Virus record (IMG/VR): IMGVR_UViG_2671180884_000022
Source: a virus
Lineage: Duplodnaviria; Heunggongvirae; Uroviricota; Caudoviricetes
Reading direction: 5' to 3' (one strand)
Length of the DNA stretch: 30,131 nt
The notes beneath the pieces were generated by a model. It worked only from the letters and a program-made list of their open reading frames with translations, was not told the origin of the DNA and did no database searches. Below are positions 30,014 to 30,131 of this stretch, piece after piece. Position numbers and translations under genes: made by a program. The first letter of the stretch is position 1. Every line of letters starts with the position of its first letter.

Positions 30014-30131
30014 TCTTCTCCTCCTCTGTTGATTGTCGCAGCCCGGATTCAAATGCTGCAGCCGCCCAGGCGGGCGGTTTAAGACCAGCCGCGCGGCGCT
30101 CCATCGTTTCACGGACCTGCTGGGCAAAAAT
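29994..30131 (-). CDS. B: phage lambda-like portal protein B, 3' end only (gene runs off the window end)
   Basis: A second minus-strand frame entering from the window end reads …IFAQQVRETMERRAAGLKPPAWAAAAFESGLRQSTEEEKSDSRAA then stop, overlapping the C start by about 20 nt as in the lambda B/C junction. Coordinates are +/-1. Confidence 0.65.
   Translation of the reverse strand: MFAQQVRETMERRAAGLKPPAWAAAAFESGLRQSTEEEKSDSRAA

Noticed and set aside
28694-30127. Track ORF of 477 aa read as a single protein
   Set aside because: The first 38 codons are read-through across the B/C overlap from a TTG. The real C product starts at the GTG preceded by AGGAGGAG (about 30013), and the upstream bases encode the B C-terminus in another frame. 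Similar upstream extensions on hipA, hipB, D, E, FI, V, ydeM, the major pilin and IS orfA were trimmed to the conserved start.

Overview
Escherichia coli-type chromosomal segment in which every credible gene lies on the minus strand. I did not find a convincing previously undescribed system: all coding capacity is assignable to known families. Left to right on the + strand: the 5' end of gadB with its GAD-box promoter; the yddA-yddB-pqqL operon (ABC protein, TonB-dependent receptor, periplasmic M16 protease); ydeN-ydeM (Ser-type sulfatase plus radical-SAM maturase); a ydeO-type AraC regulator whose N-terminus appears replaced by the start of ydeP (safA and most of ydeP absent); a complete six-gene F9/Yde chaperone-usher fimbrial operon; a decayed AraC-family pseudogene; the hipBA toxin-antitoxin module with four operators; the C-terminal beta-domain remnant of an AIDA/Ag43-like autotransporter; a 1.26-kb IS3-family (IS911-like) insertion sequence; and the morphogenesis arm of a phage-lambda-like prophage (B' C/Nu3 D E FI FII Z U V G T'), cut inside gene T by the IS. 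The most noteworthy points are structural: the ydeP'-'ydeO fusion, the IS sitting between two unrelated truncated genes, and the lambda-like remnant beside hipBA. Protein identifications rest on recalled reference sequences and motifs, not database searches. CDS coordinates follow the supplied ORF track, trimmed to the most plausible start codon; hand-located motif coordinates may be off by 1-2 nt.
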